Part shown: positions 1-8,713 of the stretch, piece by piece | Layout of the letters: every line of letters begins with the position of its first letter | How positions within the stretch are numbered: position 1 is the first letter of the stretch | Origin: a virus | Lineage: Duplodnaviria; Caudoviricetes | IMG/VR virus record: IMGVR_UViG_3300030450_003104 | Span: 1-43,538 of that record | Length of the DNA stretch: 43,538 nucleotides | Reading direction: 5' to 3' (one strand) | Notes under the pieces: generated by a model | What the model was told of the DNA's origin: nothing | Seen by the model: only the letters and a program-made list of their open reading frames with translations | The model's database searches: none | Made by a program: the position numbers and the translations under genes

Positions 1-201
1 TGTATTGTGGAGCAGGTAAGAACACTGGCCGCCAACGATGCTTACAGCACGTCTCGCGGATTTCTTTCTGGCAGGGACATGAAACTGATTGTAATGCACG
101 CCGATTACGGTGAAGTTGGCCGGACAACATGCAGCGTGGATATGCTGCGGGGCACCAGTGAGCATAGTAAGTTTGAATCAGGAGATCAGTATGGCTATTA
201 A
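1..201 (+). CDS. C-terminal fragment of a conserved phage protein, probably metallophosphoesterase-like (truncated at window start)
   Basis: Frame open from base 1; RTLAANDAY..GFLSGRDMKLIVMHADYGEVGR resembles the C-terminus of phage calcineurin-like phosphoesterases found beside lysis genes. Confidence 0.55.
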   Translation, partial: CIVEQVRTLAANDAYSTSRGFLSGRDMKLIVMHADYGEVGRTTCSVDMLRGTSEHSKFESGDQYGY

Positions 202-613
202 ACCGAACGACAGTGAGCTAAACAAAATGCTGCGGCGCGATGAAGGCGTGACGGCGCTCCCCTACACCGACAGCGTTGGCATCCTCACCATAGGTGTAGG
301 TCGGAATCTGGAGGACGTGGGCCTGCGGCAAGATGAGATTGACTATCTTCTGACCAACGACATTCGTGTGGCTATGCTTGACTGCAAGCGGCTGTGCGAA
401 GATTTTGATGCGCTGTCAGATAACCGCCAGAGGGCCCTCATTAATATGGCCTTCAACCTCGGCAGGTCACGTCTCGCTGGCTTCAAAAATATGTGGGCGG
501 CGATTGAGCGCGGTGACTTCGCTGAAGCGGCCTCTCAAGCGCTGGACTCTAAGTGGGCGCGGCAGGTCGGCAGCCGCGCGAATCGAATTGCCGACCTTTT
601 AGAGAAAGGGTAA
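190..613 (+). CDS. Endolysin, GH24 (T4-lysozyme-like) muramidase
   Basis: DEG...PYTDSVGILTIGVGRNL, LINMAFNLG, DSKWARQVGSRA motifs; ATG at 190 with GGAG at 181. Confidence 0.93.
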
Positions 614-617
614 TTTC

Positions 618-737
618 ATGGACAAACTTATGCGTCAGATTAGGAATTGGTGGCCAGAAACCCGCAAGTTTCAGGTCTTAATCGTGGTTGGCACTCTGCT
701 GCTAATTTTCATCGCAGGTGATTTAATTACTCGATAG
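618..737 (+). CDS. 39-aa single-TM peptide, possible lysis accessory protein
   Basis: MDKLMRQIRNWWPETRKFQVLIVVGTLLLIFIAGDLITR; AAAGGG upstream; directly follows lysin. Confidence 0.65.
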   Translation: MDKLMRQIRNWWPETRKFQVLIVVGTLLLIFIAGDLITR

Positions 738-792
738 GACAGACAGATGCCCCTGCGCGATAGCACTCGCCCGTGCTTTGTGCTGGGGGTTA

Positions 793-850
793 GGGGGCTG
801 TCTCGCCAAGGTGGGTGTGGTGATTCCTCCTTAGGCTGGAGACGGCCCCC
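793..850. terminator. Long imperfect stem-loop where late (+) and replication (-) transcription converge
   Basis: GGGGGCTGTCTC (793-804) pairs with GAGACGGCCCCC (839-850) with one G-U pair; inner GCCAAGG/CCTTAGGC pairing. Confidence 0.5.
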
Positions 851-879
851 GCTTTCAAACGACAAACGCCCAGAAACCT

Positions 880-1098
880 CTAATCTGGCGGCGAAAGCAT
901 TGTTAATTTCTCTGCAGCACGTATGGGCTGCATCGCGTCCTCCGTCGCGTTAAGCACGATCTTGCCGTCGGGCAGGGCGATGTTGTACCGGGAGTTCTGC
1001 TCGATGGTGCGAGCGACAATGACGCCCTCGTCTTCGGCCACCCCCTCCGGGGTGAAGTGCCGCACCATTACTTCGTCCTTCAGCGCGTAGGTAGTCAT
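880..1098 (-). CDS. Hypothetical protein (SH3/KOW-like beta pattern)
   Basis: GGAG RBS; packed against upstream gene; VMV..GVIV..YNI pattern. Confidence 0.7.
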   Translation of the reverse strand: MTTYALKDEVMVRHFTPEGVAEDEGVIVARTIEQNSRYNIALPDGKIVLNATEDAMQPIRAAEKLTMLSPPD

Positions 1099-1100
1099 AT

Positions 1101-1478
1101 CTAATCTCCCGACATAAATGGACGGTTGTCATGCAGCTTACTTTCGTTAAGGGCATCGAGGACAACCGCGCAACAGGACATGACATGGCCCAGTGGGTGA
1201 CACCCGCTGTCGCGGTCGGCGTCTTCGCCTTTGTGGTACCACGCGATCAGGTGCCGCATGACCGCATCGAAGTAAGTGGTAGCGTCGACTCCGCTCTCGC
1301 GCCAATTATAGGCACCGTATTTCACGGCTCCACTATTCATGACCTGAGCCATTCGAATTAGTGCGCTGGCCGGAACAGACGCGTAAGACAGCTTGGCCTG
1401 TCCGTGTTTGAACTTGGCGTTCTTCGTGTAGTTCTGCTCTACAAGCACGTCCACCTTGTCCCACGTTTCTTTTTTCAT
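1101..1478 (-). CDS. dATP/dGTP diphosphohydrolase domain protein (DUF5664)
   Basis: GAVKYGAYNW, YFDAVMRHL, GEDADRDSGCHPLGH signature. Confidence 0.88.
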   Translation of the reverse strand: MKKETWDKVDVLVEQNYTKNAKFKHGQAKLSYASVPASALIRMAQVMNSGAVKYGAYNWRESGVDATTYFDAVMRHLIAWYHKGEDADRDSGCHPLGHVMSCCAVVLDALNESKLHDNRPFMSGD

Positions 1479-1693
1479 CAGTCTTCTCCTTTGTGTTTGA
1501 GGAACGTCATGTTCCGTATCGCAGCTTCAACGACAAGCTGGATTTCTTCCAGCGCTGTTTCAGCTTCCTGCGCTGCGGTAAGTTCAGCAATGAAACGGTC
1601 ACTATCCTCGTGGACCGCTTCCGCCAGCTCGTTGATCAGTGCGTCGATCAACCGCGAATGGTTCGCCGCGTTGGATGCTGGTTTAAGTATCAT
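1478..1693 (-). CDS. Hypothetical helical protein
   Basis: Overlapping start/stop coupling with both neighbours; GGGGA RBS. Confidence 0.7.
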   Translation of the reverse strand: MILKPASNAANHSRLIDALINELAEAVHEDSDRFIAELTAAQEAETALEEIQLVVEAAIRNMTFLKHKGED

Positions 1694-2207
1694 GTCTTTC
1701 CCCTTTCATCATGTGTTGTAAGTAGTAGTGGCACAGCAGGGCAGCCTCAGCCCTGCCGTTGTCTTTCTTTCGCCGCCAATAGTGGTCGTGAGCTTCTTCA
1801 CCAAAGACCTCGGTGGCGATCTGGAGGCTTAAAGTCTTCTCCTTAGTCAGGCCCATGTCCTTCTTCCACTTGGCTGGGGTCTCGAACCAAACATTGTCGA
1901 CACCAAGCATTCCCAAAAGGAACGACGACGCGCCGCCGTACATAGCCCCAAAGTTGAACGTGCTGCTCACACCCTGCTTTGGCATGGCACCCACCGCTTC
2001 AATAATCGCCACCTCTTTGCAGTCGACGTAGGGCGTCGTCACCTTGGCGTACCACTCACAAAAGTGGGCGGTGTAGAACAATGTCTTCGTCCCCTGATAT
2101 AGCACCGGCGTGTCGAGCACGCCCAGCAGCTTGCCACTGCCGGTCATAAGGGCAAACGCCCCTGAAGCTCCGGGATCGTGGCCCAGTATAATAAGTCTTT
2201 CTCTCAT
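1683..2207 (-). CDS. RuvC-like Holliday junction resolvase
   Basis: ILGHDPGASGA, IIEAVGAMPKQGVSSTFNFG, PAKWKK, DNGRAEAAL. Confidence 0.9.
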   Translation of the reverse strand: MRERLIILGHDPGASGAFALMTGSGKLLGVLDTPVLYQGTKTLFYTAHFCEWYAKVTTPYVDCKEVAIIEAVGAMPKQGVSSTFNFGAMYGGASSFLLGMLGVDNVWFETPAKWKKDMGLTKEKTLSLQIATEVFGEEAHDHYWRRKKDNGRAEAALLCHYYLQHMMKGERHDT

Positions 2208-2238
2208 CTATTTTCCTCCTCAATTTTCCCTGCGGTCA

Positions 2239-4299
2239 TCACTTCTTGTAACGGTAGCCTTCCCAAGCATCGACACTGAGGGGCCAACGGGCATACCAAT
2301 GCTCAGGATCTGCGGTCATGATGCGCTCAAACTCCTTCAAGCTGCCAAAACCTTCAGGAACCTCGCACACGACCTCGTCGTAAACCGTCAATATGGGGAT
2401 GTAACCATGCCTCTCCAGCCTGCGGGCAGCGGGCATCAGGATTTCCCTACTGGTGGCCTGCGTTGCATTCTCAGCAAGCTTCCCCCCGTACGTATAGATG
2501 CGCGTCCACTGTCCGTTCTTCATGGACATGTAGCTGAGTACGTGCTCCATCTCGCACTTGCATGTCCCGTTAGCACAATCCTCCTCAGTGGCAGGGTCAT
2601 GCCAGCGGGGCATGCGCTTCGACAAAATAGGCTGGTAGTACCAGATACGCTTGCCGTTCGGCAGGATCATGGCCAGCCAATCATCCACGGGTGCAAACCC
2701 GATCTCACGGTAGCTGGTGTGCTTATTATCCCTGACGGCGCTAATGGCGGCGTAGTTCAGGCTCCTCCACAGCTTCGTAGTCTCTGGGTGCTCCGAACGC
2801 CAAGCTCTACATATCTCAATCACCCTGTCGTCGCTGTGACGGTCGGTGCGGTCGAACTTACGCCACGCACCCAGCGCTCCTTGATAGCCGAAAGCCAACT
2901 CGCAGGTCTTGCCGTCCTGCCGTTCGGCTGGGTGAGAAACCTTGGTCACCGTACCAGCTGGATACCGGTATATCTTGTCGGCCATGCGCTCATATATCTT
3001 CTCGCCATTACGAAAAGCGTCGATCTTCCACTGCTCACCGGCCAGACACGCCAGTACGACAGCCTCAACCGAGACAAAATCTCCGGCCACGATTCGGTTC
3101 CCTTCATCGGCTACGATCCAGTGTCGGCTGGCAGAACTCACAGCCTCCATAGCGTCACCGTAGATCGCGTCGAGATACGCCGGGTCCTTGAACATAATGT
3201 CCTTGACCAGACGGTCGGGCGGAATGTCCTCATAGCTGCGCTTAAGGTTCAGTGGCTGAAACCCGGAGCCTGCGTTCCTGCCTGTCTGGGTGCCGTGGTA
3301 TCTGGTCTGGTACTTGGCCCTGCCGTCCTTGCAGGTCTGGCGAGCCATAGCGTCTAGCTTACGGGTAGAAGCCTTATTCAGTTGCATGCGCAATTCGATC
3401 ACGCGCCTCGTGTCGTCAGGCAGAATCTTATCAGCCGCAGCGCCCGCGACAGTACCCCCGAAATCAGCATCTTCAACCTTCATCTGCCTAAGGGTGTCGT
3501 CCCTTTCAATCGCCTCCTCAAGTGTAGTCGCCTGCAAATTATCCAACTGACCGCCGTGGGCGTTAATCCACTCCAAAGACTTGGATACCTGTGTGGGCTT
3601 GATGCCGCAGATGTCGCTGTACACCTCAGACAACTCTTCAAAGCGCTTGTCCACAATCTGCGTAGCAACCGTTATGCCCTCGATGTCAAGCTTCAGACCT
3701 CGCTCCATCATGCGCATATCAAAGATGAAATTCGAAATCTCATGGTCCGGCAAATCACCCATCACGTCGCTCGCCGTCTGCTCCAGCACAACGTCACGCT
3801 CGCAGTACCGCACAAACATCATAAAGTCGTCTTCTGGGATGTCGCGGCGAGCCGTTTTCAAATGCAGCTTCGAGTATCGAGTGATTAGCCGGTGGCCCTC
3901 CGGGTCTTTGCCTTCAAAACCCAGCGCTGCCATCAGCCTGTCCAGTCTCTGGGGCATGGCGTAGTAAGCAGCCGTTGCCAACGTGTCGCGCCACCGTTCA
4001 ACCGGCGGGCACTCAGGCCAACCGTATCGTGGGGTCATCACGTTCTTCCAGATAGACCGCTCGAAGCTGATGTTGTGAGCCTCAATCAGGTGCTCTTCAA
4101 TCTTGGGCCCCAGCAGATCGTCGATGTCGTGAGGGGAGCCGTAAGGAAAGACATCCGTGTCCCACCAAGATCGTATAGGGTCAGCGTCTACGCCCCAAGA
4201 TACGCATACGATATCCGTGCTGGGGTGTTCGCTGTACGCTGCAGCGCCGACCAATGACAGGTCGGACTCTGAACGCGTCTCGAAGTCGATAGTTATCAC
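2239..4299 (-). CDS. polA: Family A DNA polymerase with 3'-5' exonuclease (APSE/SPO2-like)
   Basis: ExoI IDFETRS, AHNISFE, YCERDV; TGR; motif A DFVSVE; motif B RQDGKTCELAFGYQG; motif C VYDE. Confidence 0.96.
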   Translation of the reverse strand: MITIDFETRSESDLSLVGAAAYSEHPSTDIVCVSWGVDADPIRSWWDTDVFPYGSPHDIDDLLGPKIEEHLIEAHNISFERSIWKNVMTPRYGWPECPPVERWRDTLATAAYYAMPQRLDRLMAALGFEGKDPEGHRLITRYSKLHLKTARRDIPEDDFMMFVRYCERDVVLEQTASDVMGDLPDHEISNFIFDMRMMERGLKLDIEGITVATQIVDKRFEELSEVYSDICGIKPTQVSKSLEWINAHGGQLDNLQATTLEEAIERDDTLRQMKVEDADFGGTVAGAAADKILPDDTRRVIELRMQLNKASTRKLDAMARQTCKDGRAKYQTRYHGTQTGRNAGSGFQPLNLKRSYEDIPPDRLVKDIMFKDPAYLDAIYGDAMEAVSSASRHWIVADEGNRIVAGDFVSVEAVVLACLAGEQWKIDAFRNGEKIYERMADKIYRYPAGTVTKVSHPAERQDGKTCELAFGYQGALGAWRKFDRTDRHSDDRVIEICRAWRSEHPETTKLWRSLNYAAISAVRDNKHTSYREIGFAPVDDWLAMILPNGKRIWYYQPILSKRMPRWHDPATEEDCANGTCKCEMEHVLSYMSMKNGQWTRIYTYGGKLAENATQATSREILMPAARRLERHGYIPILTVYDEVVCEVPEGFGSLKEFERIMTADPEHWYARWPLSVDAWEGYRYKK

Positions 4300-4523
4300 C
4301 GCCGCCAGCCCCGCTCGTGCTGATCGCTGTAGTGTCGAATGGCCAGCGAATCCTTGTTGAACCCAACGGCAAAGATGCGCCCGACATCGGACATCTCATC
4401 CCACACAGTAACCCATGTAGTATGACCCATGGGGGGTCTCCGCTTATCCAGCGCCCATTTAGCCGCTGTCGTAGCGCAGCTTAGGATGCCGGGGTCTATA
4501 ATATCGTGGAATATGATTTTCAT
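4296..4523 (-). CDS. Hypothetical protein
   Basis: Likely start MKIIFHD at 4523 after CAGGGG RBS; stop overlaps polA GTG start. Confidence 0.65.
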   Translation of the reverse strand: MKIIFHDIIDPGILSCATTAAKWALDKRRPPMGHTTWVTVWDEMSDVGRIFAVGFNKDSLAIRHYSDQHERGWRR

Positions 4524-4539
4524 CGTTAGTCCCCTGTAA

Positions 4540-4555
4540 GGTGTGACGTCACACC
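4540..4555. repeat. 16-bp palindrome GGTGTGACGTCACACC, perfect copy
   Basis: Read directly; between SSB terminator and RBS of next gene. Confidence 0.97.
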
Positions 4556-4563
4556 GAACGTAC

Positions 4564-4606
4564 AAAAAAAGGAGGGGGAGATGCGTAGGAAAAACATCTC
4601 CCCCCC
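4564..4606 (-). terminator. Rho-independent terminator after SSB
   Basis: GGGGGAGATG/CATCTCCCCC stem with T7 tail on - strand. Confidence 0.8.
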
Positions 4607-4645
4607 AAGTTTGCTCACGCAGCGGCTCTTATGGAGGGCGGGAGG

Positions 4646-5290
4646 TCACCCTCTCGCGCGTGAGCGTCTCATGCGCTCCGCCGACGCACTCTCAGAACGC
4701 GGCGCAGCCTTGAACAGGGAGGAGTGATCAGCCTGACTGACCAGCTTGTCACCGTCGCCGGTCTTCTGGACCGCGACGAGATACGCCTTAACGCCCTTCC
4801 CTTGCACATCATAGCAGGAAAACACTACACCCATCTGTACGTAGCAGCCGGGGTAGATCTGGTCCCGAGTAGCGGGGCCGATATCCTGCACATCTTCGTC
4901 GTACACCTGAACGCCGCCGGGTGCGTCCATACCGTGCTTGTTGAATTTGGTGCTGGCTCGCATCACCATCTTCCCGGAATAGGCGCTGCCGTCCTTGCCC
5001 CTCTCTTCGCGGCGGGCCTTGAGTTCGTCGCCGTCGATCAGGCAGGACCTGATCTTGCCGTCAAGGAACTGCTGCTCTGCAGCCTCTCCCCACTCGGCAA
5101 CGACGGCGTCTATAAGGGCGTCCTCAAGAGTGCCTTCGCCCTCTACGTCGTCGCGGTCGAACGCGACTTCGATCTTGTAAGCGGGGTCTCCATCTTTGCC
5201 CTTATCGGTGGTGTACTGGTCCTTCTCAAAGAGGGACTCGTGGATCAAACGCCCGACAGGCGTCAAGTGGCGCGGATTTTTCTCTTCCAT
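4646..5290 (-). CDS. ssDNA-binding protein (DUF2815, T7 gp2.5-like OB fold)
   Basis: TPVGRL..LF, IYPGCY, KGVKAYLVAVQKTGDGDKL; position between DUF2800 and polA. Confidence 0.85.
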   Translation of the reverse strand: MEEKNPRHLTPVGRLIHESLFEKDQYTTDKGKDGDPAYKIEVAFDRDDVEGEGTLEDALIDAVVAEWGEAAEQQFLDGKIRSCLIDGDELKARREERGKDGSAYSGKMVMRASTKFNKHGMDAPGGVQVYDEDVQDIGPATRDQIYPGCYVQMGVVFSCYDVQGKGVKAYLVAVQKTGDGDKLVSQADHSSLFKAAPRSESASAERMRRSRARG

Positions 5291-6486
5291 TACTGCACTT
5301 CCTTTTTGCTTCCACGTTTGCCCGCAGGCTTAAACATGGACTTGGTTTCTGAGTTGACGGCAGGACGGGGGTCACTCCCCGCCACAACTGTCAATCCCGC
5401 GTCAGGCTTGAACGCCCAACGGCGGGTAAAATCCCTGCCTTCAGCCAACTTGTCGACGTCAGCAGGGCTGCGGAAGGTGGGGGTAGTTAGCGCACGGTCC
5501 CCGAACTTTTCGACCGCAGCCTCCTCCGCACCGTCCTTCCATTTCCGAAAGACACGCGCTGGTGCGAGCTTGCGTCCCGGAACGCTGTGGCCAGCCTGAA
5601 GGCGTAAAAACGCAGTATCGTCCGCGCTCTTCTTCAAAGCCTTGGCCAAGTCAAATAGGTCAAGAAACTCTCCGACCTCTTCATTCGTGAGGGCTTTGAC
5701 GCCGCCCTCAAAGCCTTCTATGGTAGCCATCAGTTCTTTCAGCCTTTCCATGTCCTGCTTAAGAGCAGGGCAAGAAGTGTATCGAGCAGGACAGAACCGG
5801 CAGTGGGCTCCGCTCACGACGTCGGTAGCGTCCTGCCCCCAAGCGGTATCCATGGCCGGGAGGAGCTGCGACTCAAGCCAATCCAGCAGCGCTTCAACGC
5901 TGACCGACCACTCCCTGATCGGACCCATAGCGTGAAACCCTCGCGGCTGGCATATGATCAAGTTGACCGAGTCGATAGACCCCCAAAGGTCCAACTCTTC
6001 GAGAACCCCGCAAGCGTAGTACATCATCTGCGGGTTATCTGCCGGATCCACAATGATACCAGCGCCATGCTTATAGTCCCACACCGACACTTCGCGGTTT
6101 TTGTGATCGACATAGATGGCATCTGACGTCCCGTAAAACAGGGCATGGATGCTTGGGCAAAAGAACCGCCTTTCGACAAAGAAGTTCGACTGGTTTCGAT
6201 CAGTGTGGCGCTGGCGCACGCCGTCAAGGTAGGACTGAACCGCGACGGCCATATCTTTGTCGACAATGTGGCCGTAGACCTCTTCACCGATCAGCTGCCA
6301 AGCATCCATGTTTCCGTTCAGACAGCGTTCCCCGACTTCGTGTGCCGCCGTACCCAAAGCAGCGTGTTCACTCTCTGGGTCTTCCAAGCCGCTGCTGAAT
6401 CTTACGGAAGCAGGGCACACTATCCAACGGTGGCTGCCCGACGCACCCAAGGGGCTGTGTGTGAGGTTGCTGAGGGTTTCAGTCAT
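5290..6486 (-). CDS. DUF2800 PD-(D/E)xK (Cas4-like) exonuclease
   Basis: HSPLGASGSHRWIVCPAS, GTAAH, GTSDAI, DYKHG, NPQMMYYA, CRFCPA..C. Confidence 0.9.
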   Translation of the reverse strand: MTETLSNLTHSPLGASGSHRWIVCPASVRFSSGLEDPESEHAALGTAAHEVGERCLNGNMDAWQLIGEEVYGHIVDKDMAVAVQSYLDGVRQRHTDRNQSNFFVERRFFCPSIHALFYGTSDAIYVDHKNREVSVWDYKHGAGIIVDPADNPQMMYYACGVLEELDLWGSIDSVNLIICQPRGFHAMGPIREWSVSVEALLDWLESQLLPAMDTAWGQDATDVVSGAHCRFCPARYTSCPALKQDMERLKELMATIEGFEGGVKALTNEEVGEFLDLFDLAKALKKSADDTAFLRLQAGHSVPGRKLAPARVFRKWKDGAEEAAVEKFGDRALTTPTFRSPADVDKLAEGRDFTRRWAFKPDAGLTVVAGSDPRPAVNSETKSMFKPAGKRGSKKEVQ

Positions 6487-7160
6487 TTGCAAGCCTCAAG
6501 CAGCTTGGCCGCGACTTCAGCCCGCTTGTCAGCCGGGAAGTCGGAAGCACTCCTGTGACCAAAACTGGTGATGATGTCCATCACAGCAGAAGGTCCGATG
6601 CTGTCGGCAGCTTCACCCGCCGCCTTCATCAAATCCTCAGCCGTCATATGCGGCGTCACGCTGGCTTCACGCCCGCCCCCACCACGAGTGCGACGAGAAG
6701 GGCCGTCACCGCCAGCGTCAGCAGGGCTGCCATCGCTTCCTTCGCTACCCTTCTCTTCGTCCGGCTTGCTTCGACTGCGACGTGTGCGCCTCTGGGTTTT
6801 CTCTTCAGGTACGGGGGCCTGTTCGCTCGACGCATCAGCATCAGCGCCCACGGCTCCTGAGCTTCTATTGCGCGAGCGACGGCTTCGCGTCTTCGGCTCC
6901 GGCTCCACGGCCTCGACAGTGTCTTCTCCCCCCACGGCAGCTTCTGCTGCGTGCGGCGGTTTTCCTTCAATCTCGCCTGCACCATCGACTGCATCCAATG
7001 ATCCAGATAGTTCGAGCTTTCCATCGGTAGATCCTTCATTCAAGTTAGTCGTGCGAATGTGAGCCAGTGCGGACAAAACGTCCACGTCTGGTTCGTCACA
7101 GTAGAAGGTAACTTTGGTCCCGATAGGAACGGACTCAGTGTTAACTGCTATGATTTTCAT
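6483..7160 (-). CDS. Conserved protein preceding DUF2800; long disordered linker and short helical C-terminal domain
   Basis: RBS and promoter upstream; ATGA overlap with DUF2800; C-terminal AVMDIITSFG..SASDFP pattern. Confidence 0.75.
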   Translation of the reverse strand: MKIIAVNTESVPIGTKVTFYCDEPDVDVLSALAHIRTTNLNEGSTDGKLELSGSLDAVDGAGEIEGKPPHAAEAAVGGEDTVEAVEPEPKTRSRRSRNRSSGAVGADADASSEQAPVPEEKTQRRTRRSRSKPDEEKGSEGSDGSPADAGGDGPSRRTRGGGGREASVTPHMTAEDLMKAAGEAADSIGPSAVMDIITSFGHRSASDFPADKRAEVAAKLLEACK

Positions 7161-7193
7161 CTTAGTTCCCCTGTTAGTAATGAAAGTTTGACC

Positions 7194-7222
7194 ACGCTAG
7201 GTTTGCGTGCAACTTGTGTCAA
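7194..7222 (-). promoter_or_regulatory. Sigma70-type promoter
   Basis: TTGACA (7222-7217), 17 bp, TAGCGT (7199-7194). Confidence 0.75.
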
Positions 7223-8646
7223 GCCTTGTGATCTAAGGCCAGATATATGCTGTGGTCCTTCTTGATGACCGTGTTGATAATCCTCTCGTCAAGAGAATCA
7301 GCGACCACGGGAACATGTCCGATGACCCTTTCGCCTGTCTGACCGATACGATGCACGCGGTCCAGCATCTGTTCGTTCTTGCCCGGAACCCAGAAAGGTT
7401 CGGCCAGCACGACATCCTGAGCCGCCGTCATAGTCCAGCCTTCACCCATAGGCAGCATCTGCCCGATGATGAGCCTGATCTCGGGGTCTGTCTGGAACCG
7501 GTCGACCGCTGTCTGCTTGCGCGACGGAGGCGTTGACCCGTCCATGTAAGTGGCCCCAAAACCCTTCAGCTTGTCCATGAAATAAGACAGGACGCTCAGG
7601 TGCCAGCCCGCCAGCACCAACTTCTCAACGCCCTCATCTAACAGCTGCTTGATGTAGTTCACGATGAGCGGAGCCTTGGCCTCGCCCAACTCTCGACGGG
7701 CTGTCGATATCGCGCCATCGATAGGAACGTCTTCGCAGAACTTGTCCGGGTCAACCTCATACATCTTGGAGGCTATGGTCCACCCTTCATGCTTCAGAGC
7801 GCGGCGCACCTCAGGCGAGCTTTCGAGCGGCATGATGTGCCATCGCTTGGGCGGCAGCTGCGGCAGGACATCTTCCTTGAGCCTGCGCACCATAATATTT
7901 GAGCGAAGCCGGTACTGCAGGTCATCAAGGTTGGTCGGCACGTTGCGGACGTTGCTCATCCACTTCACCTTGCCGTTGATCCGAACGAAGCCCTCGCCTT
8001 CGGCGTAATACCGGCGTCGGAAAGACTCGATACTCATCCGATCTATCGCTTCCCAGTCCAGCAGTCGCAGAGCGTTGTAGCATTCGATGGGCTGGTTTGG
8101 TAGCAGAGTGCCCGTCGCCAGCGTGAACCGACCGGTAACTCGCGGCAGCATATTGGGCGCGCACACTACCTTAGTTCGCTGGTTCCCCTTGGGGTCCTTC
8201 AGGTAGTGAGCTTCGTCGAGGATGACGTGGTCCCACAGCAGATCTAAGATGCTGTCCCTGACGCCGGGGTTCCTGAGCATATCGTAAGACACGATGTTGA
8301 AATCGGCTTCGGGGTTAATCCCGTGAGAACTCTGCAACACAGCGTGGGTGCGGACATTCTCGATGTTCGACCAGAGCCATATCTCGCGCTGCCAATTGAG
8401 TCGTAGCGATGCCGGGCACACCACAAGGGTGCGACCACTCTCAATAGCGTTGTCAAGCAACAAAGACTGAGCCGTCTTACCAAGTCCGGGCGCGTCTCCA
8501 AACACCGCGTGGCGACGAGACATGTGGTACTCCACCCCAGCCTGCTGGTAAGGCATGGCAGTCATATTCTCCGGGTGCGGCGGAGCGAACAGCACAGGGC
8601 TTTTCGCCCAAGATGACTGGTAGCTGTATGTGTTCCAATCAATCAT
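7219..8646 (-). CDS. SNF2-family helicase/ATPase
   Basis: DAPGLGKT, DEAH, ATGT, RRLKEDVL, RVHRIGQ. Confidence 0.93.
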   Translation of the reverse strand: MIDWNTYSYQSSWAKSPVLFAPPHPENMTAMPYQQAGVEYHMSRRHAVFGDAPGLGKTAQSLLLDNAIESGRTLVVCPASLRLNWQREIWLWSNIENVRTHAVLQSSHGINPEADFNIVSYDMLRNPGVRDSILDLLWDHVILDEAHYLKDPKGNQRTKVVCAPNMLPRVTGRFTLATGTLLPNQPIECYNALRLLDWEAIDRMSIESFRRRYYAEGEGFVRINGKVKWMSNVRNVPTNLDDLQYRLRSNIMVRRLKEDVLPQLPPKRWHIMPLESSPEVRRALKHEGWTIASKMYEVDPDKFCEDVPIDGAISTARRELGEAKAPLIVNYIKQLLDEGVEKLVLAGWHLSVLSYFMDKLKGFGATYMDGSTPPSRKQTAVDRFQTDPEIRLIIGQMLPMGEGWTMTAAQDVVLAEPFWVPGKNEQMLDRVHRIGQTGERVIGHVPVVADSLDERIINTVIKKDHSIYLALDHKA

Positions 8647-8662
8647 TTACTTCCCCTGAAAT

Positions 8663-8702
8663 AAAAAGAGAGGACCGCTAGCTAGGGACTAGCGATCCTC
8701 TC
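8663..8702 (-). terminator. Rho-independent terminator
   Basis: GAGAGGA.CGCTAG/CTAGCG.TCCTCTC stem with T-run on - strand. Confidence 0.75.
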
Positions 8703-8713
8703 CGTGCGCAGAG

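Noticed and set aside
2110-3357. 415-aa + strand ORF
   Set aside because: Antisense shadow of polA with no motifs
4540-4555. Palindrome as CRP, matS, parS or eukaryotic CRE site
   Set aside because: CRP needs TGTGA-N6-TCACA (here N2); matS has a 3-bp spacer; parS consensus TGTTTCACGTGAAACA differs; CRE is irrelevant in a phage
5290-6486. cas4 of a CRISPR system
   Set aside because: Standard DUF2800 nuclease in the DUF2800-SSB-PolA module
6646-6662. Further palindrome-like matches (also near 244 and 23700)
   Set aside because: Four or more mismatches inside coding sequence; not distinguishable from chance
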